From a virus: a stretch of DNA of 64,000 nt. The notes below the pieces were generated by a model. The model was given only the letters and a program-made list of their open reading frames with translations, had not been told where the DNA came from and made no database searches. Shown here piece by piece: positions 56,157 through 64,000 of the stretch. Location: the IMG/VR virus record IMGVR_UViG_3300046314_000658; one strand, written 5' to 3'. Position numbers and translations under genes: made by a program. Each line of letters starts with the position of its first letter. The first letter of the stretch is position 1.

Positions 56157-56392
56157 ATGACTATTTATACAATATATTTGGTGATGAATGTTGTTATGTA
56201 GATAGCTCAACAATTGCTACCGACAACATAGTTAAGGGTTCTCGCGCAATTATTACACCGTTAGGAAGAGTTGGCAGTGTTGCTATTGCGTCAAAGGCTG
56301 CTAGCTTAAATCCATCAACAATCAACAGGCGTCTTAACAGTCCTAATTATCCCGATTGGTGTTTTGCTAATGAAGAGTTGATACACACCTAA
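56157..56392 (+). pseudogene. Internally deleted homing endonuclease remnant
   Basis: AAGGAG + MTIYTIY.. stops after 14 codons; another frame encodes a NUMOD1-like tail IITPLG..S...A...TI.RRL.S..YPDW. Confidence 0.55.
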
Positions 56393-56417
56393 ATATGTCA
56401 ACACATACGCTCAATAT

Positions 56418-57023
56418 ATGAAAGTCACCACTGTTTTATCACTACTAGAAGCAAAGGTAGCACCACTGTATCACGGTACAACTGCTGACAGTGCTGAAAA
56501 AATACTAGCAACCAACAACCTTACAGCTAGGGCTGAGATTGAACCAAATGCACTCAGGTACATGCGCGGTGCTCGAACTGGTGATAAGTCAGTTAGTTTT
56601 AGCAGAAGCATTAGTGCTGCGCGAGCATTCGCATCAGGAGCGCCACGCAGAACCGGAATTTCCGGTGTTGTATTTGTGATTGATCAAGCTCTACTAAGCA
56701 GAGACATTGGAAGACGACTCAACCCATATAATGACCTAACTGCATCTAGTAGTACTGCATCCAGAGGAGCAGGTTCGACAGAATATGAGGAGACTGTGGT
56801 TGGCGATGTGCGGAATTTTAACAAATATGTTAGTAAAATTATCGTGTTTGTGCACCCGCAATATAAAGATATGTTAGATCCTGAAATGTTCCCAACACTA
56901 CTGAATAACCCAAAAACAATCCTAACAACAAATACTACCATCAAAGACTTGCCAAATGTGTATGATAGATTCGCATCAGCAAAGGAATTGGAATTCCAAC
57001 AGCAGCATGACACTGCTAAATAA
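56418..57023 (+). CDS. Putative ADP-ribosyltransferase-fold head protein
   Basis: LYHGT, SVSFSR, EYEE motifs; MKVTTVLSLLE leader; TAAATA at 56390. Confidence 0.55.
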   Translation: MKVTTVLSLLEAKVAPLYHGTTADSAEKILATNNLTARAEIEPNALRYMRGARTGDKSVSFSRSISAARAFASGAPRRTGISGVVFVIDQALLSRDIGRRLNPYNDLTASSSTASRGAGSTEYEETVVGDVRNFNKYVSKIIVFVHPQYKDMLDPEMFPTLLNNPKTILTTNTTIKDLPNVYDRFASAKELEFQQQHDTAK

Positions 57024-57041
57024 ATCATCAATGGACTTTAT

Positions 57042-58667
57042 ATGCTAGTAAATTTTAGGCACGGTATAGTATCTGCCACGCAAAATGCAACACAACAACC
57101 TCGATTCTTGCAAATGCAAGGTCAGGTGGTTAAAATAATTGCAACCAACACTCCAGTTGTATTGACAATTGCACACAGGCAATCAAACTACCTAGTTACA
57201 ATCGAGCAAGATGTTGATACAGCTTGGGTGGGTGTTAGTGCAGCACTAACTTATCTATATGTAGATATTAACCTAAAGACGGGTGTAGTATCGTACGGGC
57301 ACACAACAACTCCACCTTTGATACAATCAACACTACCAACTAATGCAATTAACGGTCAACACTGGTTTGATCCGAGTATCGACACAATGCGCATCAGAGG
57401 GATTGGTGCATGGCAAGAGTGTGCTAGATTGTTCGTTGGGACAGTCGTGGGTGGAATTGCAACCTGCTCTCCATTTGGTTCTCAAATCGGAAAAACCGGT
57501 AACTTTCCAACTGGGAAACTTGCGTTTGATGGTAGTGGAAAGCCAATTTCAAAAAGCACGGGAGAGTTTTGGACAACGGATGATGTGTTTTATGTAAACG
57601 GCACAATATCTGCACCATATGCATTTGGCACGCAACTACAAGTCGCGTCAACAGCAGAAGTAGTAACTCCAATGTCAGTGGTAGCGTATAGTGGCAATAC
57701 ATTCAACACAGTGCGACTAGCACAACCTAGCGATACTGGATACGCAACACTTGCTATAGCAATGGCCGGCGTTAGCGCAGGTGAAAAAGTTAGTGTCGTG
57801 TGCAACGGAGTCATTGTTAACCCAGCGTGGGCGTTTGTAAATCCGAATAGCTTAGTTTGGGTAGGCCAAAATGGAGTAATATCAACCACTCCCGACCCTG
57901 TTAACACATCTCAGCCGATTGGGCGTGTAATAGATGCAAACACTATCGTATTTAACCCTCCGATTAGTGTTAGTGCTGGTACAGGTAGCGGTAGTGGACA
58001 GATGGGACCAAGAGGACCAGAAGGTGCACAAGGGCCTGCCGGAGCTACTGGATTACCAGGGGCGCAAGGTCCTGCCGGTCCTGCAGGAGCAGATTCTACA
58101 GTAGCAGGTCCTGTGGGACCAACCGGCGCCAATGGTACTGGTGGAGTACGGCGGCAAATCATGTATGTAACGTCAGGGTTGGTCGGGTTCGGATCGATAA
58201 CAACTAGTTGGCCAGAAGTTGATGAATTGTATACTCCTGCTGATAGATTAGTTACATACGACGCATATAGTGGTATGTTTACCTTTTTAAAGGCAGGGTC
58301 GTGGAAAATTACTATGGCAGTTAACTACGGATTTCCGGTTGGTGGAAATCTTCCAATGGGAGCATCTACGTATATTAGCAGGATTGACTACGTTAGTGGC
58401 GGCGCTTACTGGCGGCGCAATGAACATCGGTGTCGATTGATGCTCGACAACACTGCATATTTAAGTAGTGACGTATTAATTGGAGGAATAGATGGGTATG
58501 CAGACTTCTTTGTCAAAGAGGTTGGGGAAAATTCTCAGTTCCTAATCGAGATGAGGTCTGAAACTGACGTCAATTCAACCACATACAGTAGCAATCCAGT
58601 TGGGTTAACATACTCTGCGCTTGTTGCTTTCGAACTCGTCGATGAATACGCCCCAAACAACGTATAA
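57042..58667 (+). CDS. Tail fibre/structural protein with collagen-like segment
   Basis: [28 protein letters not shown] repeat; TAAATA at 57017. Confidence 0.7.
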   Translation: MLVNFRHGIVSATQNATQQPRFLQMQGQVVKIIATNTPVVLTIAHRQSNYLVTIEQDVDTAWVGVSAALTYLYVDINLKTGVVSYGHTTTPPLIQSTLPTNAINGQHWFDPSIDTMRIRGIGAWQECARLFVGTVVGGIATCSPFGSQIGKTGNFPTGKLAFDGSGKPISKSTGEFWTTDDVFYVNGTISAPYAFGTQLQVASTAEVVTPMSVVAYSGNTFNTVRLAQPSDTGYATLAIAMAGVSAGEKVSVVCNGVIVNPAWAFVNPNSLVWVGQNGVISTTPDPVNTSQPIGRVIDANTIVFNPPISVSAGTGSGSGQMGPRGPEGAQGPAGATGLPGAQGPAGPAGADSTVAGPVGPTGANGTGGVRRQIMYVTSGLVGFGSITTSWPEVDELYTPADRLVTYDAYSGMFTFLKAGSWKITMAVNYGFPVGGNLPMGASTYISRIDYVSGGAYWRRNEHRCRLMLDNTAYLSSDVLIGGIDGYADFFVKEVGENSQFLIEMRSETDVNSTTYSSNPVGLTYSALVAFELVDEYAPNNV

Positions 58668-59328
58668 TTTAACAGTTGTTACTCACACTAGACTGCATAA
58701 TCCGTATCCTAATTTATTGGAGCGGTGTAAGCAGTCTGTTGCAATAGCATTACCACCAAACTCACAGCATCTAATATTAGTCAACAACCCAACAGATGGT
58801 GTGAAGTTTTCAGAGTTCTTTGCGCACTTACGGTATAGTGCCCTACAATACAGTCGGTATATCGCGTTTGTAGATGATGATGATTACATTCATCCCGACT
58901 CATTAACACTGTGTATGGATGCACTATCACAAACTGGAGCAGGTGCTGCCGTGACAAACGAAGTTATGGTAGATGTTGACGGAAAGCATCTGTCAGCAAA
59001 CCGATATCCTCGGTACTACTGTGGCGTGGGGATGCACCCACGGAACATCCACCACTTAACGGTGTTCAAAAGAGACTTTGTGCAACCAGTTGCGTTAGAG
59101 TTAGCGCTACAGTTTGGCGCTGGTATTGAATGGACGATGAAGGCGTCAGCTTGTCTGACTGGTGGGGCTGTTCACGTTCCGATTGATGGATATTACTGGA
59201 CACAACACGAGAGCAGACCAGGAGCACAACCAAACCTTCGTCAGCAACACGCAAATAAAATTTTACCACTCGGAAACGCTATTAAAAATGCATTCCCGAG
59301 TAGATTTGGACGAATTCCAACTGTTTAA
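58642..59328 (+). CDS. Glycosyltransferase family 2-like protein
   Basis: LTVV..C.QSV..YIAFVDDDD.I..L. Confidence 0.75.
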   Translation: MNTPQTTYNLTVVTHTRLHNPYPNLLERCKQSVAIALPPNSQHLILVNNPTDGVKFSEFFAHLRYSALQYSRYIAFVDDDDYIHPDSLTLCMDALSQTGAGAAVTNEVMVDVDGKHLSANRYPRYYCGVGMHPRNIHHLTVFKRDFVQPVALELALQFGAGIEWTMKASACLTGGAVHVPIDGYYWTQHESRPGAQPNLRQQHANKILPLGNAIKNAFPSRFGRIPTV

Positions 59329-59840
59329 ATCGGCTTGGTAAAATAGGCGTGCGCTTCTAGATCACTATTTGGTACACCAAATATCCTCAGTGCTTCGCAC
59401 AAATTTACCAATGTAAACCCCGTTGCACCCGACGTATTCACAAAGTGTGGTAACTGATGGGGAAGCATGTCACTATCATCATCGATAATAACATAGTTAG
59501 AAACCTCAGGATGAGCATTCAGCCAGTCCTCAATTTCATCACCACGTACAGTACCAATTCCACCTCGTCCAGTTTTTCCAGTAAATGGAGCATCTACCCA
59601 ACCATATGATGTGAAGATATCTACGAACTCTTGCAGCGAGTAGTTCATTCTCCAAGTGCTTGATACGACGATTTTTGCATCAGTTGCATCAATGAGGTAC
59701 TTTAGCAATCCAATGGCGACAGGGTCAAGACGGTCGGCCTCGCTGTAAATCGTTTTTGATGGACCACGTAGGTGGTGGTACGCAACCATCGATGAGACGG
59801 AGTTTAGTACACCGTCTATGTCCAACACAACGCAGTTCAT
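59325..59840 (-). CDS. HAD-family phosphatase (Swiss-army-knife RNA-repair-type HAD)
   Basis: LDIDGVLN, IVVSSTWR, RGDEI..WL, YVIIDD. Confidence 0.85.
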   Translation of the reverse strand: MNCVVLDIDGVLNSVSSMVAYHHLRGPSKTIYSEADRLDPVAIGLLKYLIDATDAKIVVSSTWRMNYSLQEFVDIFTSYGWVDAPFTGKTGRGGIGTVRGDEIEDWLNAHPEVSNYVIIDDDSDMLPHQLPHFVNTSGATGFTLVNLCEALRIFGVPNSDLEAHAYFTKPI

Positions 59841-60418
59841 TTTCCTGCTTTCAACATGCGCTTCACATTATAAAGGTATGTGGCGGCACCGTTTGGAGTC
59901 AGTTTCAACTGCTCAATAAACATTGCTTGAAGCTCGCGCGAGGTTGCAGTTGGGTTAGCTTTCACGATATCAATAGCACGAGCTTGCTTTGACACTGGAC
60001 GTGTATACTCTTCTTTGTGCTTCGCAACCATCGCTTTAACTTCATCACGACTCCCCATTTTCCACTCAATGCGTTTACCCACTGGTACGCGAGATGAGAA
60101 CACGTCGAAATAACTTTCAGTACCCTTTTGAGCAGTACGAATTGCTTGTTGCAATGCAATGTCGTCAGTTTTTGCGTACTGAGTTACAGCATCCCGCACG
60201 AAGTTGATAAAATACATTTTTGCTTGTAGCTCGAATCCTGTGCGAGTAAGGTCACCAGTGATTTCAAACAACGCGCGTTCGTAACCAGCTTGGTCTGTTT
60301 CAAAATCTTCAGCAGCAGTTACAGCACGTGTCACGTTATTGACGTCAATACCTTTATCACGCATTTTCTGAATTACGTTGAACAAATTAGCGTTGGTTTG
60401 AGTTGCTGCTGTAGTCAT
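59837..60418 (-). CDS. Hypothetical early protein
   Basis: Promoter TTGTCA-16-GATAAT at 60453-60480. Confidence 0.65.
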   Translation of the reverse strand: MTTAATQTNANLFNVIQKMRDKGIDVNNVTRAVTAAEDFETDQAGYERALFEITGDLTRTGFELQAKMYFINFVRDAVTQYAKTDDIALQQAIRTAQKGTESYFDVFSSRVPVGKRIEWKMGSRDEVKAMVAKHKEEYTRPVSKQARAIDIVKANPTATSRELQAMFIEQLKLTPNGAATYLYNVKRMLKAGK

Positions 60419-60504
60419 ATTTTCCTTAATTATCTCAGTTGCGATAGGGTCTATTATCCTCTGTTTTTACAGATTGACAACAGTTTTTAGATTTATTTTC
60501 AAAT

Positions 60505-61323
60505 TTACTTAAACGCAACGCGTTGCACTACAGTTTGCTTCGTACCATTGTAACTGGTGTGGTCTTTCACAGTGAAAGCAGCAGTAGCAAACTCTTCGAA
60601 TGGAGTTTCGTGACGACTTGTCCACCAGGTTAGTTGATTACCAGTAGAATCTTCCAGTGTAACCAACACGCGTGGGGTATTGGGATACGCAAAAGTGTTC
60701 CAACCCACCTGCAAGCTACGCAGCACGCGCACTTTAGCAGCTTTCACACGCTCACCCACAGTACCGATATGTTTGCTATTAGCAGCAGCTTCAACTTGAC
60801 GGCGTTGCACAACGAGTGCATTTTCAGTCGACTCGACTTGGCGAGCAGTGAGTGAACCCCACTGATTTAATTGCTGCTGCATAGACGACAGAAAACTATT
60901 CACACCAGCGTAGTCAGTTAGTGCTGCGACCAGTGCAGCGTGCTCATTCTTCCAAGCGGCGGCAAATTCTGCACGCTCCGCTTGACGAGCTTGGCGTTCA
61001 GCTTCCCACGCAGCTTGGCGAGTTGCACGACGTTCTGTTGCTTTTACAGCACGACGATCGCGAGCGTGTTGTAGACGAACTTTACGAAAGTCTTCAACCT
61101 GTTGACCAGTTTTCTCAACACAGTCGCATCCGACCACAAATGTCTTGTCGTTCTTGTCTTTAATTACATACTCATACAAAATACCCGTACCGCAGTAGTT
61201 GCAAGAACCACCAGGCTTGCGACCAAAACCTGGCATCTCAAACCAGTTTTCGCGGCAACCAACACACCGAAAGGGAGCATAACCGAGACCAGCTTTTTCA
61301 AATGGGTGTGTGAATGTAGTCAT
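60505..61323 (-). CDS. Zn-binding + OB-fold-like early protein
   Basis: CNYCGT.I..VGCDC; HIGTVGER..TVKDH..YNG.KQT..R; promoter TTGACA-17-GATAAT at 61349-61377. Confidence 0.65.
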   Translation of the reverse strand: MTTFTHPFEKAGLGYAPFRCVGCRENWFEMPGFGRKPGGSCNYCGTGILYEYVIKDKNDKTFVVGCDCVEKTGQQVEDFRKVRLQHARDRRAVKATERRATRQAAWEAERQARQAERAEFAAAWKNEHAALVAALTDYAGVNSFLSSMQQQLNQWGSLTARQVESTENALVVQRRQVEAAANSKHIGTVGERVKAAKVRVLRSLQVGWNTFAYPNTPRVLVTLEDSTGNQLTWWTSRHETPFEEFATAAFTVKDHTSYNGTKQTVVQRVAFK

Positions 61324-61381
61324 TTCGGTTCCTTTGGTTGTTGAGATAATTATCTACCCTAATTAAATAAATGTCAACAGG

Positions 61382-61954
61382 TTAACGCTTACCAGTGAAG
61401 ATGCTCACGTAATATTGCGCATTTGCAACTGTAATGTTCCATTCTTCTGCAATTCTCTTCGCAATTTGGTAGGGAGTGTGGGTACCATATGCATTCAATC
61501 GATCGAAAGTCGCGCGAGCATTAGCACGCTTGGTTGCAGCAGATGTAGTGTTTACAGGCTTCTCATCGATTGGAGTAGGAGCAGATGCAACAGAATCAGT
61601 CCAGTAGAACGTGATCCGCGATTTCCCACCAACTTTCCAAGAATCATGCAGGACTCCATTGATGATAGCAAATGCGTGACCACGCTTCAGACCATACACC
61701 TTTCCAGTGGGATTGGCAGCAATTAATTGGTTCAGCGTCATCCCGGCACCGTCTTTACGAGAATTGCGACCAATTAGATCATAGATTATGTGATTCTTAG
61801 TCCCGCGACCGTCGCGTCGACCAAGCTTCTTGAAAATGCAATGAGCTTCGTTATATGGGATGTCTTTGAACAGTGCATATGCACGCACTGCACAGTCGTT
61901 ATGCTCTGCAAAACCTGAACTACGCATTCCACCATCAGTCTTAACGAATTGCAT
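61382..61954 (-). CDS. Hypothetical protein (DC.VRA..H..DSW papain-like pattern)
   Basis: NDCAVRA, GHAFAI.NG..HDSW; promoter TTGACT-16-TATAAT at 61989-62016. Confidence 0.6.
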   Translation of the reverse strand: MQFVKTDGGMRSSGFAEHNDCAVRAYALFKDIPYNEAHCIFKKLGRRDGRGTKNHIIYDLIGRNSRKDGAGMTLNQLIAANPTGKVYGLKRGHAFAIINGVLHDSWKVGGKSRITFYWTDSVASAPTPIDEKPVNTTSAATKRANARATFDRLNAYGTHTPYQIAKRIAEEWNITVANAQYYVSIFTGKR

Positions 61955-62054
61955 ATTAACTCCGTCTGTACAATTAAACAATGTGTGTATTATACAATCG
62001 TTTATAGAAAAGTCAACGGACAAATAAAAACCCGGACTATGCCGGGTGATTGTG

Positions 62055-62339
62055 TTAGGTGATTAGCCTGATGTAAGCTACTGTATCAATGCTGACCAGT
62101 AGCGCGTAGTTACCGACCATCCCAAAGCTACGTCGCGTCCATGCTGCCCAACCAAACACAACACACTGAGATATGAACAGTGGATACAGGATGATGAACG
62201 GTGGATTAGGAATCGTTAGTGCCATTGTGACAGCGCACCCAATACTAGTGGCCCAAGCCAACACTTCCATGATAAACCGAGTGGGTCGATCCTGAAAGTC
62301 TTGCCTCGCCCAAGCAAATATGCCAAGGACTATGTCCAT
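62055..62339 (-). CDS. Small multi-pass membrane protein
   Basis: Three hydrophobic segments; terminator at 62026-62046. Confidence 0.65.
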   Translation of the reverse strand: MDIVLGIFAWARQDFQDRPTRFIMEVLAWATSIGCAVTMALTIPNPPFIILYPLFISQCVVFGWAAWTRRSFGMVGNYALLVSIDTVAYIRLIT

Positions 62340-62344
62340 CTGTA

Positions 62345-63577
62345 TTATAGTCCAGCCAGACGTTCTAATGTCGCACGGTCAGTCAGGTCAGTCAATGCTA
62401 ACAAACGCTTGATGCCAGTAGCCTTATCACGGAAGTGGTCAATCTGGTGGATACCCATTTGGTTCCAGATCGCAGTAAGTTGTGCGTTCGAGAGTGAAGC
62501 AAGGTGAGCAGTCAATACCGAGACAGATAGTTTACCAATTGTAGGCACCATGTCAACTAAGTCGTTAGTAATCGAGACTGGTGTAGGTGCAATTGGAACA
62601 GGTTGAGTTATTGATTGAGATCCTGGACCAGTGACAACTGGATAAGGCCACACAGCACTGGGGATCACGGGAGTACGAGCGGCAGCAGCGTCGACAGCAG
62701 TGTATGGTTGTGTATGCATAGACGGTGTCAGCACCGATTTGACCGAGTCGTTGACTTCGATAGTGCGGTAGGCACTTGCAGCCACAATAGACGGACCTTG
62801 TGACAGTATCGGACCAGTCTTTGCTTCTAACGTGATCTCGCTCAACACTTCATACTTACAGGTGCGACCCTTTGTGTCGTTGTAGTCAGTGGGGATTGAT
62901 ACGACATCCGCTGGGTTAATTTTCAACACAACCACGCGGTCGGTACTGCTATCTTTTGACCTGAATTGGTCCAAATACGCATATGAACAAAAGTGTAAGC
63001 CAGTGGAGCATGTTTCTGTGTCTTTGTCGTTGACCAGTACACGAGGCATTTCCAGGATCTTGCCAACACTATTATCCATTGTACCAGAATGGATATCCTT
63101 CCAGTCGCCACGGACCTTTTTATAGGCAAGAAAGTAACCATCGTCAGTCAAAGGCATATTACCAACCTCGAGGAAGCGGTACAGACGCTCTGCAATCGAG
63201 CTGCGAGGATTCTGGTACAGATTTTCCAAAAATGCGAGGAACTTCAACAAAGGCTTTGGTGCACCAGTGCGGTGAAGTTCAAGAGCTTTTGTAGCGACGT
63301 ATCCACTCAGCGGATACCCACGATACTTCAACGTACCTGAGGCTACATCAAACGTGACGTCATGCTTACCACGAGAGGTGACCTCAGGTTCAGTGCGCTG
63401 GGCACCCAAACTTTTAACAAGATCGATGAGATTCATAAATTCATCTGGATTATCGTCGCCGTTTTCCAACTTGGAGATAATTTTCTTGAAATTGATGTGG
63501 TCAGAGGCAACAGTGATACCACGACCTTTGATAAACAGTGTTACCGAATCTGACTTGGCAATGTACGGAATAGACAT
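62345..63577 (-). CDS. rIIB: RIIB lysis-inhibition/anti-exclusion protein
   Basis: FLENLYQNP, LY.FL, DG.FLAYKKV, DNSVG...MPR..V, CSTGLH, INP.DVVSIP.DYN..KGR.CKYEV. Confidence 0.93.
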   Translation of the reverse strand: MSIPYIAKSDSVTLFIKGRGITVASDHINFKKIISKLENGDDNPDEFMNLIDLVKSLGAQRTEPEVTSRGKHDVTFDVASGTLKYRGYPLSGYVATKALELHRTGAPKPLLKFLAFLENLYQNPRSSIAERLYRFLEVGNMPLTDDGYFLAYKKVRGDWKDIHSGTMDNSVGKILEMPRVLVNDKDTETCSTGLHFCSYAYLDQFRSKDSSTDRVVVLKINPADVVSIPTDYNDTKGRTCKYEVLSEITLEAKTGPILSQGPSIVAASAYRTIEVNDSVKSVLTPSMHTQPYTAVDAAAARTPVIPSAVWPYPVVTGPGSQSITQPVPIAPTPVSITNDLVDMVPTIGKLSVSVLTAHLASLSNAQLTAIWNQMGIHQIDHFRDKATGIKRLLALTDLTDRATLERLAGL

Positions 63578-63598
63578 GAGGGTTCCTTTTAAAAGATT

Positions 63599-64000
63599 TT
63601 AGACTGAAGTTAGTTTAATGTAATTTTGAATTTGTTCACAAGCTGCCACATAATCTCGTGTACCATATGAGCTGTGGCGAAGTGCTGTATTAACATATGG
63701 CAATAGTGGAAATTCCAATACCAGCTGTTTATTAAGGTCTGCAACTTCACGATACGCTGTTGCTGCTACAACACTCGCTTCATTGACCTGCTTTGCAATA
63801 TCGTGAAGTTGAGCATCAAGAGGAGCGTGAGAAGAGCGGTCAATTGCATTGAGGGTGTTCACCATCAATTTAATCGCGCTATGGTTAGCGGTCGCGTTAG
63901 ACTGTGCGGTCGCGTTACAGACGAATGAGCTTACCAAGCGCTTTAACTCATTAACTGTCTTACTCTTCACAGTATCAATTGTTGAGACGGCACATAGTGC
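63599..64000 (-). CDS. rIIA: C-terminal end of a probable RIIA protein (continues beyond the window)
   Basis: Frame is open to the window edge and lies immediately upstream of rIIB; the call rests on synteny only. Confidence 0.55.
   Translation of the reverse strand, partial: ALCAVSTIDTVKSKTVNELKRLVSSFVCNATAQSNATANHSAIKLMVNTLNAIDRSSHAPLDAQLHDIAKQVNEASVVAATAYREVADLNKQLVLEFPLLPYVNTALRHSSYGTRDYVAACEQIQNYIKLTSV

Noticed and set aside
1-64000. CRISPR array or cas operon
   Set aside because: No regularly spaced direct repeats were seen. The Cas4-like nuclease at 45121 is a solo exonuclease typical of T4-like phages.

Overview
This is a 64-kb segment of a large, T4-like/jumbo tailed phage genome. 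The host is most likely a Gram-negative bacterium, since the phage encodes an outer-membrane beta-barrel and periplasmic solute-binding proteins. It uses the standard genetic code. Layout: (1) 1-5074 (+), FN3/SPRY/LamG virion adhesin genes. (2) 5076-19614 (-), early accessory genes including NAD+ salvage (nadV, NadM-Nudix), an HDAC, a GNAT, an OMP and an SBP-LysM protein. (3) 19986-26900 (+), a LuxR-headed cassette of uncharacterised structural-looking proteins plus a papain-like protease. (4) 26890-52508 (mostly -), nucleotide metabolism, RNA repair, tRNA-Arg, a circularly permuted tmRNA, homing endonucleases, dsbA, helicase and internal head proteins. (5) 52575-59328 (+), late genes including an AAA ATPase fractured by an atypically split intein and a free-standing endonuclease. 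(6) 59325-64000 (-), rIIB and the rIIA 3' end. The most notable signals are the split intein (20-aa N-part), a shared two-hairpin leader upstream of both NAD-salvage genes, the LuxR cassette with shared terminal peptide tags, the permuted tmRNA, and a shared RNA leader motif upstream of two homing endonuclease loci. All calls come from motif recognition by eye; no database searches were run.
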